Origin: an uncultured Desulfobacter sp.
GTDB lineage: Bacteria; Desulfobacterota; Desulfobacteria; Desulfobacterales; Desulfobacteraceae
DNA: 64,000 nucleotides
Assembly: GCA_963665095.1 (NCBI GenBank)
Contig: OY762069.1
Span: 3,008,001 to 3,072,000 of the forward strand
Reading direction: 5' to 3'
Shown: positions 1-8,914 of the stretch, one piece after another
How the letters are laid out: every line of letters starts with the position of its first letter
Position numbering within the stretch: position 1 is the stretch's first letter
Notes under the pieces: generated by a model
What the model was told of the DNA's origin: nothing
The model's input: only the letters and a program-made list of their open reading frames with translations
Database searches by the model: none
Translations under genes and position numbers: made by a program

Positions 1-2277
1 TTTACTGAAAATCGTGGGGCTCCGGCCGTGATAAAAAAGGGCCGGGCCTTTTACGAAATCTGTAAAACCATTCCTGTAAAAATTTATGACCATGAACTGA
101 TCGTGGGGGCGTCAGGCGCATTCCGCAGATCTGCCGGTGTCAGCCCCGAGGTTTCCTGGCAATGGATTGAGGAGGAGATGTCCTCTTTATCCACCCGGAC
201 CCAGGACCCTTACCGCCTGGATCCGGATACCCGCCGGGAACTGACAGAAGAAATTCTGCCACAGTGGCAGGGGAAATCCGTGGAAGACGCCTTTCTGGCA
301 AGGATTCCTGAAGAGACGGCAAAGATCGCCGTGGACACGGGCATCATTGACAATGATTCCAAATGGCGGTGCGCTGTGGGTGAGGTTACCCCGGATTTTC
401 AGGATATCCTGTTTGTTAAAGGGATCAAGGGCTGCATGGAAGAGGCCCGGCAGCGCAGGGATGCGCTTGATATGTCCCTGCCAGAAGATATTGGAAAAGC
501 CCAATTTTATACAGCCGTCATTGACTGTGCCAAAGGGCTTATCTGCCTTGCCCGGCGATATGAGAATGCCGCCCGGACCATGGCGAACGCGTTGGAAGAG
601 GGCCAAAGAAAAACCGAACTTGAAACCATTGCCGCCAACCTGCGGCAGGTGCCAAAAAACCCGCCCCAGACCTTTTGGCAGGCCATCCAGATGGTATGGC
701 TGATTCAGCTGGGCAACACCCTGTTTGAAAATGCCGTGGCCCTGAACCTGGGCCGGTTTGACCAGTACATGGCCCCGTTTTACGAACAGGATCTGGCAAA
801 AGGGACGATCACCCAGGACTTTGCCCAGGAGCTGGTCTCCTGCCTGTGGATCAAATTATCCGAATGGGTCTGGTTTGTCTCAAAAAACACCGCGTCCTAC
901 TTTGCCGGTTACAGTGCCTTTCAAAATCTCACAGTGGGCGGAAAAAAAATTGACGGCAGCGACGGCACCAACCCTGTTTCCTATATGTGCCTGGCAGCGG
1001 CAGAACAGGCCCGGACCCACCAGCCCAACTTAAGCGTACGCATCCATCCGGACAGCCCCCATAAATTTGTCCTGGCGGTCTGCGATCTGGTCAAACAGGG
1101 CTTAGGCTTTCCCGCCATCCACAATGACCGGGTGGGCACCCAGATGCTCACCTGCCAGGGGCTACCCCATGCCCAGGCCCTGGACTGGAGCAATTGCGGA
1201 TGCGTGGTCCCCCACTCCAGAAAGGTCAGTGAATGGACATCTGCCTGCAACATCAACCTGACAGCTGCGTTGGAATTTACCCTGACAGGCGGCCGGCACC
1301 GGCTTTCAGGAACCCAGATGAGCATTGATACCGGTGATCTTTCATCCGTCACTGATTTTAACACGTTCAAGGCCCGGTACTTTACTCACCTGGCATATAT
1401 GATCCGCCACGGGGTGATTGCCACCCTTGTGGCCCAGGAGGCCCAGGCCGAACTGGCGCCAAGGCCTCTTTTCTCATTATTTACTGAAGGGTGTATGGAA
1501 TCAGGAAAAGATATATCCCGGGGCGGGGCCCGGCATATGGTGGGACCTGTGCTTACCGGCATCGGCATTGCAGATGCTGCCAACGGTCTTGCGGCCGTCA
1601 ACCACCTGGTATTTGATAAAAAAATAACGGATTTTTTCACCTTGGACCAGGCACTGGAAAAGGATTGGGAAGGGTATGAAGACCTGCACACCCAAGCGCT
1701 TTCCTGTCCCAAATTTGGAAACGATCTGGATGAGGTAGACCGGTTTGCCGTTGAAATCAGTGATTTTTACGAAGCTCAGATCAGCCAATATAAAGATATT
1801 TACGGTAACCGGTTCAACTCCGCGTTCATGGGTATCTCCAACTATATCCCGGCCGGAAAAGTCATCGGGGCAACACCCTGCGGCCGAAGGGCCAGTGAAC
1901 CTTTGACCGAAGGCTGCTCCCCCCACGCCGGTACAGATGTCACAAGTCCCACGGCAGCCATGCGGTCCACGGCAAAAATCAACCACGGCCGCCACACCGG
2001 AGGCACTCTTCTAAACATTAAGCTCTCCCCGGACACACTTAAAACCCGCAGTGACCTTAACAAGCTGGCAGGGCTGATCCGGGGGTACTTTGAACTGGAC
2101 GCCTTCCATGTCCAGTTCAATGTGTTTGACAAAGAGGTGCTTTTAGATGCCCAGGTCCATCCGGAGAACCACCAGGATCTTCTGGTGCGGGTGGCGGGGT
2201 ACAGTGCCCGGTTTGTCACCCTGTCCAAAGAGGTCCAGGACGCCATCATCCGGCGAACCTCCTATACAGGGATATAA
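1..2277 (+). CDS. Glycyl radical enzyme (PFL2/eliminase-like), substrate unknown; 5' end lies outside the window
   Basis: Frame is open from base 1 (FTENRGAPAV...). C-terminal glycyl radical loop LLVRVAGYS, Cys loop NCGCVVP, and GRFDQY and NLTVGG motifs are present. An activase follows directly. Confidence 0.93.
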   Translation, partial: FTENRGAPAVIKKGRAFYEICKTIPVKIYDHELIVGASGAFRRSAGVSPEVSWQWIEEEMSSLSTRTQDPYRLDPDTRRELTEEILPQWQGKSVEDAFLARIPEETAKIAVDTGIIDNDSKWRCAVGEVTPDFQDILFVKGIKGCMEEARQRRDALDMSLPEDIGKAQFYTAVIDCAKGLICLARRYENAARTMANALEEGQRKTELETIAANLRQVPKNPPQTFWQAIQMVWLIQLGNTLFENAVALNLGRFDQYMAPFYEQDLAKGTITQDFAQELVSCLWIKLSEWVWFVSKNTASYFAGYSAFQNLTVGGKKIDGSDGTNPVSYMCLAAAEQARTHQPNLSVRIHPDSPHKFVLAVCDLVKQGLGFPAIHNDRVGTQMLTCQGLPHAQALDWSNCGCVVPHSRKVSEWTSACNINLTAALEFTLTGGRHRLSGTQMSIDTGDLSSVTDFNTFKARYFTHLAYMIRHGVIATLVAQEAQAELAPRPLFSLFTEGCMESGKDISRGGARHMVGPVLTGIGIADAANGLAAVNHLVFDKKITDFFTLDQALEKDWEGYEDLHTQALSCPKFGNDLDEVDRFAVEISDFYEAQISQYKDIYGNRFNSAFMGISNYIPAGKVIGATPCGRRASEPLTEGCSPHAGTDVTSPTAAMRSTAKINHGRHTGGTLLNIKLSPDTLKTRSDLNKLAGLIRGYFELDAFHVQFNVFDKEVLLDAQVHPENHQDLLVRVAGYSARFVTLSKEVQDAIIRRTSYTGI

Positions 2278-3050
2278 TGGAAGCGCTGCCACTTCTCTTT
2301 AATATTCAGCGCTGGAGCCTCCATGACGGTCCCGGCATCCGTACCACACTATTTTTTCGGGGTTGCCCTCTCAGGTGCCAATGGTGCTGCAACCCTGAAT
2401 CATGGGCCTCACGCAGCCTGCCCGGACAAAAAGAGACAGCCCCGGAAAAGGCACTTGAAACCATCCTGAGGGATGCGGTGTTCTACCGGGCCTCTGGCGG
2501 CGGGGTGACCTTTTCCGGAGGTGAGCCTTTTATGGATTCAGCCCTCCTGGCTGAGCTGGCAGGTGCGGCAGTGGATGCAGGAATTCATACAGCCGTGGAA
2601 ACCAGCGGTTTTTTTGATATGGATGCGGCAGAGCCGGCCCTTCAGTCCATTGATCATCTGTTCATTGATATCAAATGCATGGACGATGCCCGACACAGGA
2701 TACTTACCCGGGTGTCCAATCAACAAATCCTTGATAACATCCGCCTGATTGACAAGACCGGCAAACCCATGGTTATCCGGATGCCCCTGGTCCGGGGCCT
2801 GAACGATCACCCAGAGGATATTGAAGCGGCCATCGGGCTTTGCAAAGGGCTTACGCATCTTTCCAGGGTGGAGCTGATGCCCTATCATCCCCTGGGAGAA
2901 GCGAAATACAAGACTTTAGGCCTGGACTATGACAGGACCATGGCACCACCGGCGCCCAAAGAGCTGGACCTGATTGTCGCCCGGTTCCAGGACGCCGGCA
3001 TTAAGACTGACTGCTCCGCGCCCCTGACGTCGCTGACAGATCCAATTTGA
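2277..3050 (+). CDS. Glycyl-radical enzyme activating protein (radical SAM), short form without ferredoxin insert
   Basis: HDGPGIRTTLFFRGCPLRCQWCCNPES (CxxxCxxC) and GGVTFSGGEP motifs. Start overlaps the GRE stop (TAATG). Confidence 0.95.
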   Translation: MEALPLLFNIQRWSLHDGPGIRTTLFFRGCPLRCQWCCNPESWASRSLPGQKETAPEKALETILRDAVFYRASGGGVTFSGGEPFMDSALLAELAGAAVDAGIHTAVETSGFFDMDAAEPALQSIDHLFIDIKCMDDARHRILTRVSNQQILDNIRLIDKTGKPMVIRMPLVRGLNDHPEDIEAAIGLCKGLTHLSRVELMPYHPLGEAKYKTLGLDYDRTMAPPAPKELDLIVARFQDAGIKTDCSAPLTSLTDPI

Positions 3051-3082
3051 CAACTGCAAATAACCAATTGACGGGGAATTCC

Positions 3083-3736
3083 ATGAAACCGGCACAACAA
3101 ACTGCGGGGGCAGCCAATACCCCGGACCTCATTGTAGAGACGCTGCGAACCGCTATTATCCAGGGCCGGTACAAGGCCAATGAGCCGTTGCGCCAGGACC
3201 GGATTGCCCGGGATCTGGGGGTCAGCAAAATTCCTTTGCGCGAGGCTTTGGTCCAGCTCAAGGCCGAGGGCTTGGTCACCTTCATGCCCAAGCGCGGGGC
3301 AGTAGTCTCATCCCTGTCTGCAACCGAAGTGGCAGAAATCTATATCATGCGAAAGGCTCTTGAAACAGTGGCCCTTGAACAGGCCGTCCCCAGGCTTGGC
3401 CGTTCAGATCTCATCCGGGCCAGAAGCGTACTTGAAATTATGGATGCGGAAACCGACCGGGGCCAGTGGGGAGACCTGAACTGGGAATTCCACGCCACCC
3501 TGTACCAGGCGGCCCGGATGCCTCTGATGCTTCAGACCATTCATTCCCTCCATAACAACGTGACCCGCTACCTGATCATATACCTGGACCGCCTGTCAGG
3601 TCTCAGCCGCTCCCAAAAAGAGCACTGGCAGATCCTTGACGCCTGTCAGGACCAGGATATTCAAACAGCCAAGACTGTGCTTGACAAACATCTGCACCAG
3701 GCGGCCGAAAACCTGATTTCCTATCTTGGGACCTGA
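3083..3736 (+). CDS. GntR-family transcriptional regulator (wHTH + FCD)
   Basis: IARDLGVSKIPLREALVQLKAEGLV helix-turn-helix, plus NWEFH and EHWQILDA FCD motifs. ATG at 3083 is preferred over TTG at 3047. Confidence 0.9.
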   Translation: MKPAQQTAGAANTPDLIVETLRTAIIQGRYKANEPLRQDRIARDLGVSKIPLREALVQLKAEGLVTFMPKRGAVVSSLSATEVAEIYIMRKALETVALEQAVPRLGRSDLIRARSVLEIMDAETDRGQWGDLNWEFHATLYQAARMPLMLQTIHSLHNNVTRYLIIYLDRLSGLSRSQKEHWQILDACQDQDIQTAKTVLDKHLHQAAENLISYLGT

Positions 3737-3816
3737 TTTTACGGCCGGAGATATAATAACCTGTTTCCTCTTGACACTGATTTGAAATTTTACCGGCATA
3801 GCATTGAGGGTAACAC

Positions 3817-4238
3817 ATTAAAATAATTAAAGAAGATATATATTCAAACTTAGCTGTCATTTCCTTTGCAATTGACTCATTTACCTGGCACTCGGCTGAA
3901 CAGTTCTATCAGGCATCAAAATTCACGGATGAGGTGATCATCATGAAAATCAAAGAGTGCCCCAATCCATTTCGATGTGCTGCCCTGGGGCAAACCCGAA
4001 AATTTAAAATTCGAGATGACTGGGAAGATATAAAGGTCTCTGTCATGGAGCGGGCTATACGTGCCCGATTTTATCAACATCACGATCTGGCCGAAATACT
4101 TAAACGCAGTAAAGGCACACTGTTGATCAAACGGCTGCGGACAATTTCTGAGGCCTCGGATATGATACCAACCAGGGTTTCAATGCCACTGGTAAAATAT
4201 TAATGAAAATCCGGGATAAGTTGCGGTCCACTGTGTGA
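3817..4238 (+). pseudogene. NADAR (YbiA-like) family pseudogene
   Basis: One frame reads YSNL...WHSAEQFYQASKF...RDDWEDIKVSVMERAIRARFYQHHDL. After a frameshift near 4122 it reads DQTAADNF*GLG...NATGKILMKIRDKL, with TGA at 4149-4151 replacing the conserved Trp. There is no ATG; an ATT follows GAGG. Confidence 0.8.
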
Positions 4239-4315
4239 CTGATTTTTGCTCTTTTTCTATTGCAGGGCATCGTGCTTGGATAAGGTGCCGTTTTCGGCCC
4301 ACGCACGCAGGGTTT

Positions 4316-4422
4316 TAGTGTCTGAACAAAATCCGTGCCCGGAGCGCATCCCTGTTTTGGGAACGGCTGAAAATACAAGGTTGGGCTTTATTTTTTCCCA
4401 GGATTAGTGCTACATCAGACAC
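4316..4422. repeat. Degenerate MITE-like element with 8-bp terminal inverted repeats GTGTCTGA/TCAGACAC
   Basis: TAGTGTCTGA at 4316-4325 and TCAGACAC at 4415-4422. The left end resembles TAGTGTTTGA at 22809. Confidence 0.35.
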
Positions 4423-4526
4423 CTGCCTTTCTGGAACCAATGATCCTCCAGAGTCTGGCAGCAGGGATAAGACCAGTAGCTGAACCGATTTGAGAAAGTC
4501 GAGCAGATAAAGAAGGAAGGAGTTGG

Positions 4527-5480
4527 ATGATGGCGGAATCTGAAAAGATGAACCTGCTTTCAGGCATGGCCATGTTGGTGCAAAGTTGCCAGAAGGAAAA
4601 TGATCTATTTGATGTGGCGTCCTGCTACCTGCCGCAGTTGTTTGAGGGCATGAGCGGGGCGGTCTATCTTTCAAAGACCGGAGAGGGGCCCATGGACCAG
4701 CAGCTGGCCTGGGGAGAGAGAGCACTGCAAAGACAGGTATCCGGCCAGTGCCCGGTGCTTCGTGCCGGTATCCCCCTGGATGCGGCCGGAGGGCCGGGCA
4801 AGGTCTGCCACGCCTGCGGCGAAGATATGTATTGTGTTCCTTTCAAAGATGGAACGGCAGCCTTCGGCATCCTCTGCCTGAACGGTAAGCAACAGGCAGT
4901 GTCGAGCCGAATACGGGGGCTGGCCTTTGTTACAGCAGAATACCTCTCCATGGCAGCGTCCAATATTCGCCTGCAGGACCGCCTCTACAAAATGGCGGTT
5001 AAGGACCCCCTTACCGGACTCTACAACCGCCGCTACATGAATGAGGCACTTGACAGGGAGATTCGAAGGGCCCAACGAAACAGGCTTACCCTTGGGATAA
5101 TCATGGTGGATCTGGATTATTTCAAACGCATCAACGATACCTTTGGACATGCGGCTGGCGACCGGGTATTGACCTCGGTTGCCCAGGCCCTGGTTTCAGG
5201 CCTGAGGCAGGAGGATATTGTCTGCCGGTTCGGGGGTGAGGAGTTCCTGATCCTTTTAACCGGAAGTGCCCTGGCTGGCACCCGACTCAAGGCAGAAGAT
5301 ATAAGGGCAAAGATCGCAGGGCTGGATATTCGGTGGGAGAAGGAATGCATCCATCCGGTCACCGCCTCACTGGGGGTGGCAGCCTTTCCAGACCATGGCA
5401 AGACCTTTGATGCCCTTGTCAACCATGCAGATCAGGCCCTTTACAGGGCCAAGGAAGGCGGCCGAAACCGGGTGGAATAG
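4527..5480 (+). CDS. GAF-like + GGDEF diguanylate cyclase
   Basis: DPLTGLYNRR, DLDYFKRINDTFGH, RxxD I-site (RQED) and GGEEF motifs. Strong SD AAGGAAGGAG. Confidence 0.93.
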   Translation: MMAESEKMNLLSGMAMLVQSCQKENDLFDVASCYLPQLFEGMSGAVYLSKTGEGPMDQQLAWGERALQRQVSGQCPVLRAGIPLDAAGGPGKVCHACGEDMYCVPFKDGTAAFGILCLNGKQQAVSSRIRGLAFVTAEYLSMAASNIRLQDRLYKMAVKDPLTGLYNRRYMNEALDREIRRAQRNRLTLGIIMVDLDYFKRINDTFGHAAGDRVLTSVAQALVSGLRQEDIVCRFGGEEFLILLTGSALAGTRLKAEDIRAKIAGLDIRWEKECIHPVTASLGVAAFPDHGKTFDALVNHADQALYRAKEGGRNRVE

Positions 5481-5681
5481 CGCACAGGGGTCCCGGACAA
5501 ACGTCACTTTTTTTAAATGGATTGACTTGACAAAATTATTCTGACCATACTGGCACCGACGCGCCAGCAAATGTTGCCACATGAACAGATTACTTTCCCC
5601 GTGAAAAGCTGTTTTCATGCGCTGCCACGTCAGGAGATGCACGAAAAGAAACAACGCGTCGCAACACATTAGGGAAACCCC

Positions 5682-6503
5682 ATGTTCCAGGGACACCAAA
5701 GGAAAAGAGTCTGTGCAGGATTTGTGCTCTGTCTCTTCATGCTCCTCTGCCAGGGCACTGCCCGTGCAGACCAGGAGCTGCCCCCTTCTGACAAGGTTCT
5801 TATAACCAACACAGCCGGTCTTGCCGCCATAACGGTCTGGGGAATTCTGAACTGGGATTATTTCTCCTGCTCACCCAAGGCCCAAAAGGAGGGGTGGTTT
5901 TCCGAAGATACCAAAGAGGGCGGTGCCGACAAGCTTGGCCATTTCTATTGTTCATACAGTCTGTCCCATATCTTTACCTACACCTATAAAAGCTGGGGTT
6001 ATACCAACGATAAGGCAGCCTGTCTGGGAGCCCTGTCCTCATTTGCCATGATGGGTTTTATGGAGCTTGGAGACTCTTTCAGTGATTACGGGTTTTCCTA
6101 TGAAGACTTTCTCATGAACCTGCTTGGATCCGCAGTGGGGCTCCTCTGGGCCAGATATCCGGCCCTGTCCGAAAAACTGGATTTCAGGGTGGAGTATACC
6201 CCTGATTTTGACCAGGCTGACGTATTCACCGATTACGACAATCTTAAATTCATAATGGCGCTGAAGCTTTCAGGTTTTAAGCAGATCCAACACTCCTATG
6301 CCAGATTTTTTGAATTTCAACTGGGATATTATGCAAGAAACTATGACCGTCAGACCACCCGGGAAAGAAACATTTATATAGGTATCGGCCTGAGCCTGCC
6401 TGCCATCTTTTCAGACCTTTCCATGCCGAGAATCTCAAAATTCTTCAACTATTTTCAAATTCCGGGAACATATATTTCCGCCGGGAAAGATCTTAATCAA
6501 TAA
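5682..6503 (+). CDS. DUF2279/YfiM-like exported or membrane protein
   Basis: Signal-like N-terminus, then GGADKLGHF, ELGDSFS-GFSYEDFLMN and GYYAR motifs. Confidence 0.7.
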   Translation: MFQGHQRKRVCAGFVLCLFMLLCQGTARADQELPPSDKVLITNTAGLAAITVWGILNWDYFSCSPKAQKEGWFSEDTKEGGADKLGHFYCSYSLSHIFTYTYKSWGYTNDKAACLGALSSFAMMGFMELGDSFSDYGFSYEDFLMNLLGSAVGLLWARYPALSEKLDFRVEYTPDFDQADVFTDYDNLKFIMALKLSGFKQIQHSYARFFEFQLGYYARNYDRQTTRERNIYIGIGLSLPAIFSDLSMPRISKFFNYFQIPGTYISAGKDLNQ

Positions 6504-6681
6504 GGAATTCTGAGCCCCCTTTTATTTAAAAAAACACAATGATGTAAAAATTTGTATCATACGATTAGTTTCGACCAACGCACGCATCGTCCAAACAGAG
6601 TAGCAGTAATTCATCATCACCCTCCTGCCAGTGCATTGCGATTTCCAAGTGAAATATCAATAGCGTCTGATAAGGGAAACG

Positions 6682-7329
6682 CTATTTTGATTTCATTTGG
6701 TCGGCATTGAGTCTCATGTTCCGTCCCCCTGTCTGATAGTATTTTTCTAATATCGGATGGGACAAAATTGTGATGGCATCTCTCTGTAATGGGCGGACAA
6801 ATACCATTTTCCCCGAATTGTTTTTATCACTATAACCGCCACGGATACGTTGATATCCTTTGGTAGTTCCGACAAAATGCCAATTTGACGCTTTATATAT
6901 GGTGCCATGGAATCGGGTCGGATCAACGAATGTTTCAAGAAGCAATAAAGGAGATCCAAAATGATTTAACCAATCATTTTGGATTCTTCGTTGACACAAT
7001 GACAAAATTTTTGATGCTAAATTTTTAAAATGATAGCCGGGAAAAATCAAAAAACGGGAGTTGTTCGCTAATAAATTCAACCGGTCATATTGATATCGGT
7101 ATTTCCAACCTATCCAATTGTCCCTTGCTCCGCATTTTAAGGCAGCTGCAGAAAATACGATCAAGGCCAACCAATCGTCCTGATACGTTGCCACGTACCG
7201 GATAGTATTACCTATCTTTGGTAAAGCACCAAGGTAATGGTGAGCTTGCATCAATTTTTGAAATACTGAAACTTCTGCTCTTTCTATTTGCCGGACGACT
7301 ATTCCTTTAAAATCCATAACTGCCTCCAT
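6682..7329 (-). mobile_element. DUF4338-domain N-terminal part of a truncated (probably ISAs1-type) transposase
   Basis: HHYLG, RDNWIGW, NNSRFLI and LLETFVDP..FHGTIYKASNW motifs. The ORF stops just after the linker GGRNMRLNADQMKS, with no DDE domain. The segment is AT-rich relative to its flanks. Confidence 0.65.
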
Positions 7330-7987
7330 CTCATGATGTACAGTTTTACATGGAATAAATTATGTTGTTCAGAAATAAATTTAAACGGTTAGGATTAATG
7401 AATTATTAAATTAGAATCAATTCACCGTGTTTAAAGACCTTAGTGCTTGACAATCCATGATCCGCTGAAGTATGGTTTTTGACCAAACGGATGCGGTTGA
7501 AATCGCGTCATATTTAAAACGAAGTATAAAAACCGTTTATTAATATTTAAGCCAGGAAGGCCTGAATTGTTCAGGAATTTCTGGCTTTTTTTATTGGAAA
7601 GGAATTTTTCGTTTAAATAGAGCAGGTTAAGACAAAATAAGGAAGACAGCAGCGCAGTCCGGTCAAAGAAGCAGTGCTGTCTTCCTTCAGGGTAAGCTCT
7701 GATCACTGTATCAGCAGTGAACAAGGCCTGTTCCTCTTTATCACCATGGTAACGGTGTCGTCAATCATGGTGCATTTTTCTTTTGTCTTGACTTATGCCC
7801 GTCCACAAAGGGCCAATTTGCCCGATACCGGCACTGCGCCACTGATATGGGTGGGTACAAACCAACATTTTATTCTGAAACCGGGTACCCCCGACTTTAA
7901 CGCTTTGACCTGCGCACTATGCGCTTGAGATGGTCTGCCGAGATGGTCGGAAATAAAAGGGAATCCTGTCAGGGAAAGGATTACACC

Positions 7988-8764
7988 ATGAAAACACCAG
8001 ACGGTTATTTTGTTATTTACAGGCCCCAGTACAGAACGCCTTCGGTACTGGACCTTCATTCACGGGGACTGTTTAAACAGCGGCCCACACTTACAGCCTC
8101 TTTTGGGTTCCAGGTGCTGGCAGATCAAGAATTCAGCCTGAAACTTCAATGTGCCTGGCTTGAGGAAAAACAGATCCGGGATGATGCGGGCCAGACCTGG
8201 CATTTTGTTCTGGAGACAAGACTGCTTGATCTTGGCCACAACCTTGGGCTGGATGCCGCCACCCTTGAACAAAAGATTCCCCATCCGGAATATCTCAACA
8301 GGCTGGATCAGGATTTCAGCCAATGGAAAGAGGCATACCTGGCCAAAGAAGAAAAGGACATGAAAAAGAAAATCACCGCGTCTATCCAGGACAACAAAAA
8401 GCAGCTGTGGACGCGCCTTGCCGGCATGAATCATGATTGGGTCATGGCAACCCTGCCAAGGCGGATTCAGATTTTCAAAGATCATATTTACCATCTTGTA
8501 AAAGCGTCTCTTTTCACATCCTACCAGGATCTGGGTGGCAAACTGGAAGAGAGGCAACTGATCCGCATGATTGTAATGTTCAACCATATTTTCGACAACG
8601 ACCAGACACCAGTGTTCCAACGGATTACCTGTGGCGCATTTGATCCGGAAGATCAGGCCTGGGAGTGCTGGATCGGCTTTGTCGGCTCTGAAGATGAAGC
8701 ATTACGTATATTCAAAACCATGGATACGGTGTTAGGGCCGGTTGCCCAGGAAATAGCAGCCTGA
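7988..8764 (+). CDS. Hypothetical protein (~258 aa)
   Basis: Long ORF with SD GGAAAGGA before the ATG at 7988. No motif recognised. Confidence 0.7.
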   Translation: MKTPDGYFVIYRPQYRTPSVLDLHSRGLFKQRPTLTASFGFQVLADQEFSLKLQCAWLEEKQIRDDAGQTWHFVLETRLLDLGHNLGLDAATLEQKIPHPEYLNRLDQDFSQWKEAYLAKEEKDMKKKITASIQDNKKQLWTRLAGMNHDWVMATLPRRIQIFKDHIYHLVKASLFTSYQDLGGKLEERQLIRMIVMFNHIFDNDQTPVFQRITCGAFDPEDQAWECWIGFVGSEDEALRIFKTMDTVLGPVAQEIAA

Positions 8765-8914
8765 CAAGTCGGCTGTCACAAGGCGGGGGAATTCAGAAAC
8801 GTTCACGGACCGGACTGATGATACAGATTTAAACATCACAGGACGGTCCATATTATTGACTGAAAGAATCCGGCAGGATAACGGATGCTTTCAAAAAAAT
8901 GGAGGATTTGAATT

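Noticed and set aside
1..2277. Pyruvate formate-lyase or choline TMA-lyase CutC
   Set aside because: It lacks the adjacent CC of PFL and the GCVEP loop of CutC, and no microcompartment genes follow.
4149..4151. In-frame TGA as selenocysteine in the NADAR gene
   Set aside because: It aligns with a conserved Trp, and the gene also has a frameshift and a lost start.
6682..7329. Druantia anti-phage gene druA (DUF4338)
   Set aside because: No other Druantia genes or large helicase nearby. The size and ending fit a truncated IS-associated protein.
7850..7895. Two GGGTAC boxes about 31 nt apart as a regulator site
   Set aside because: Too short to distinguish from chance without orthologs.
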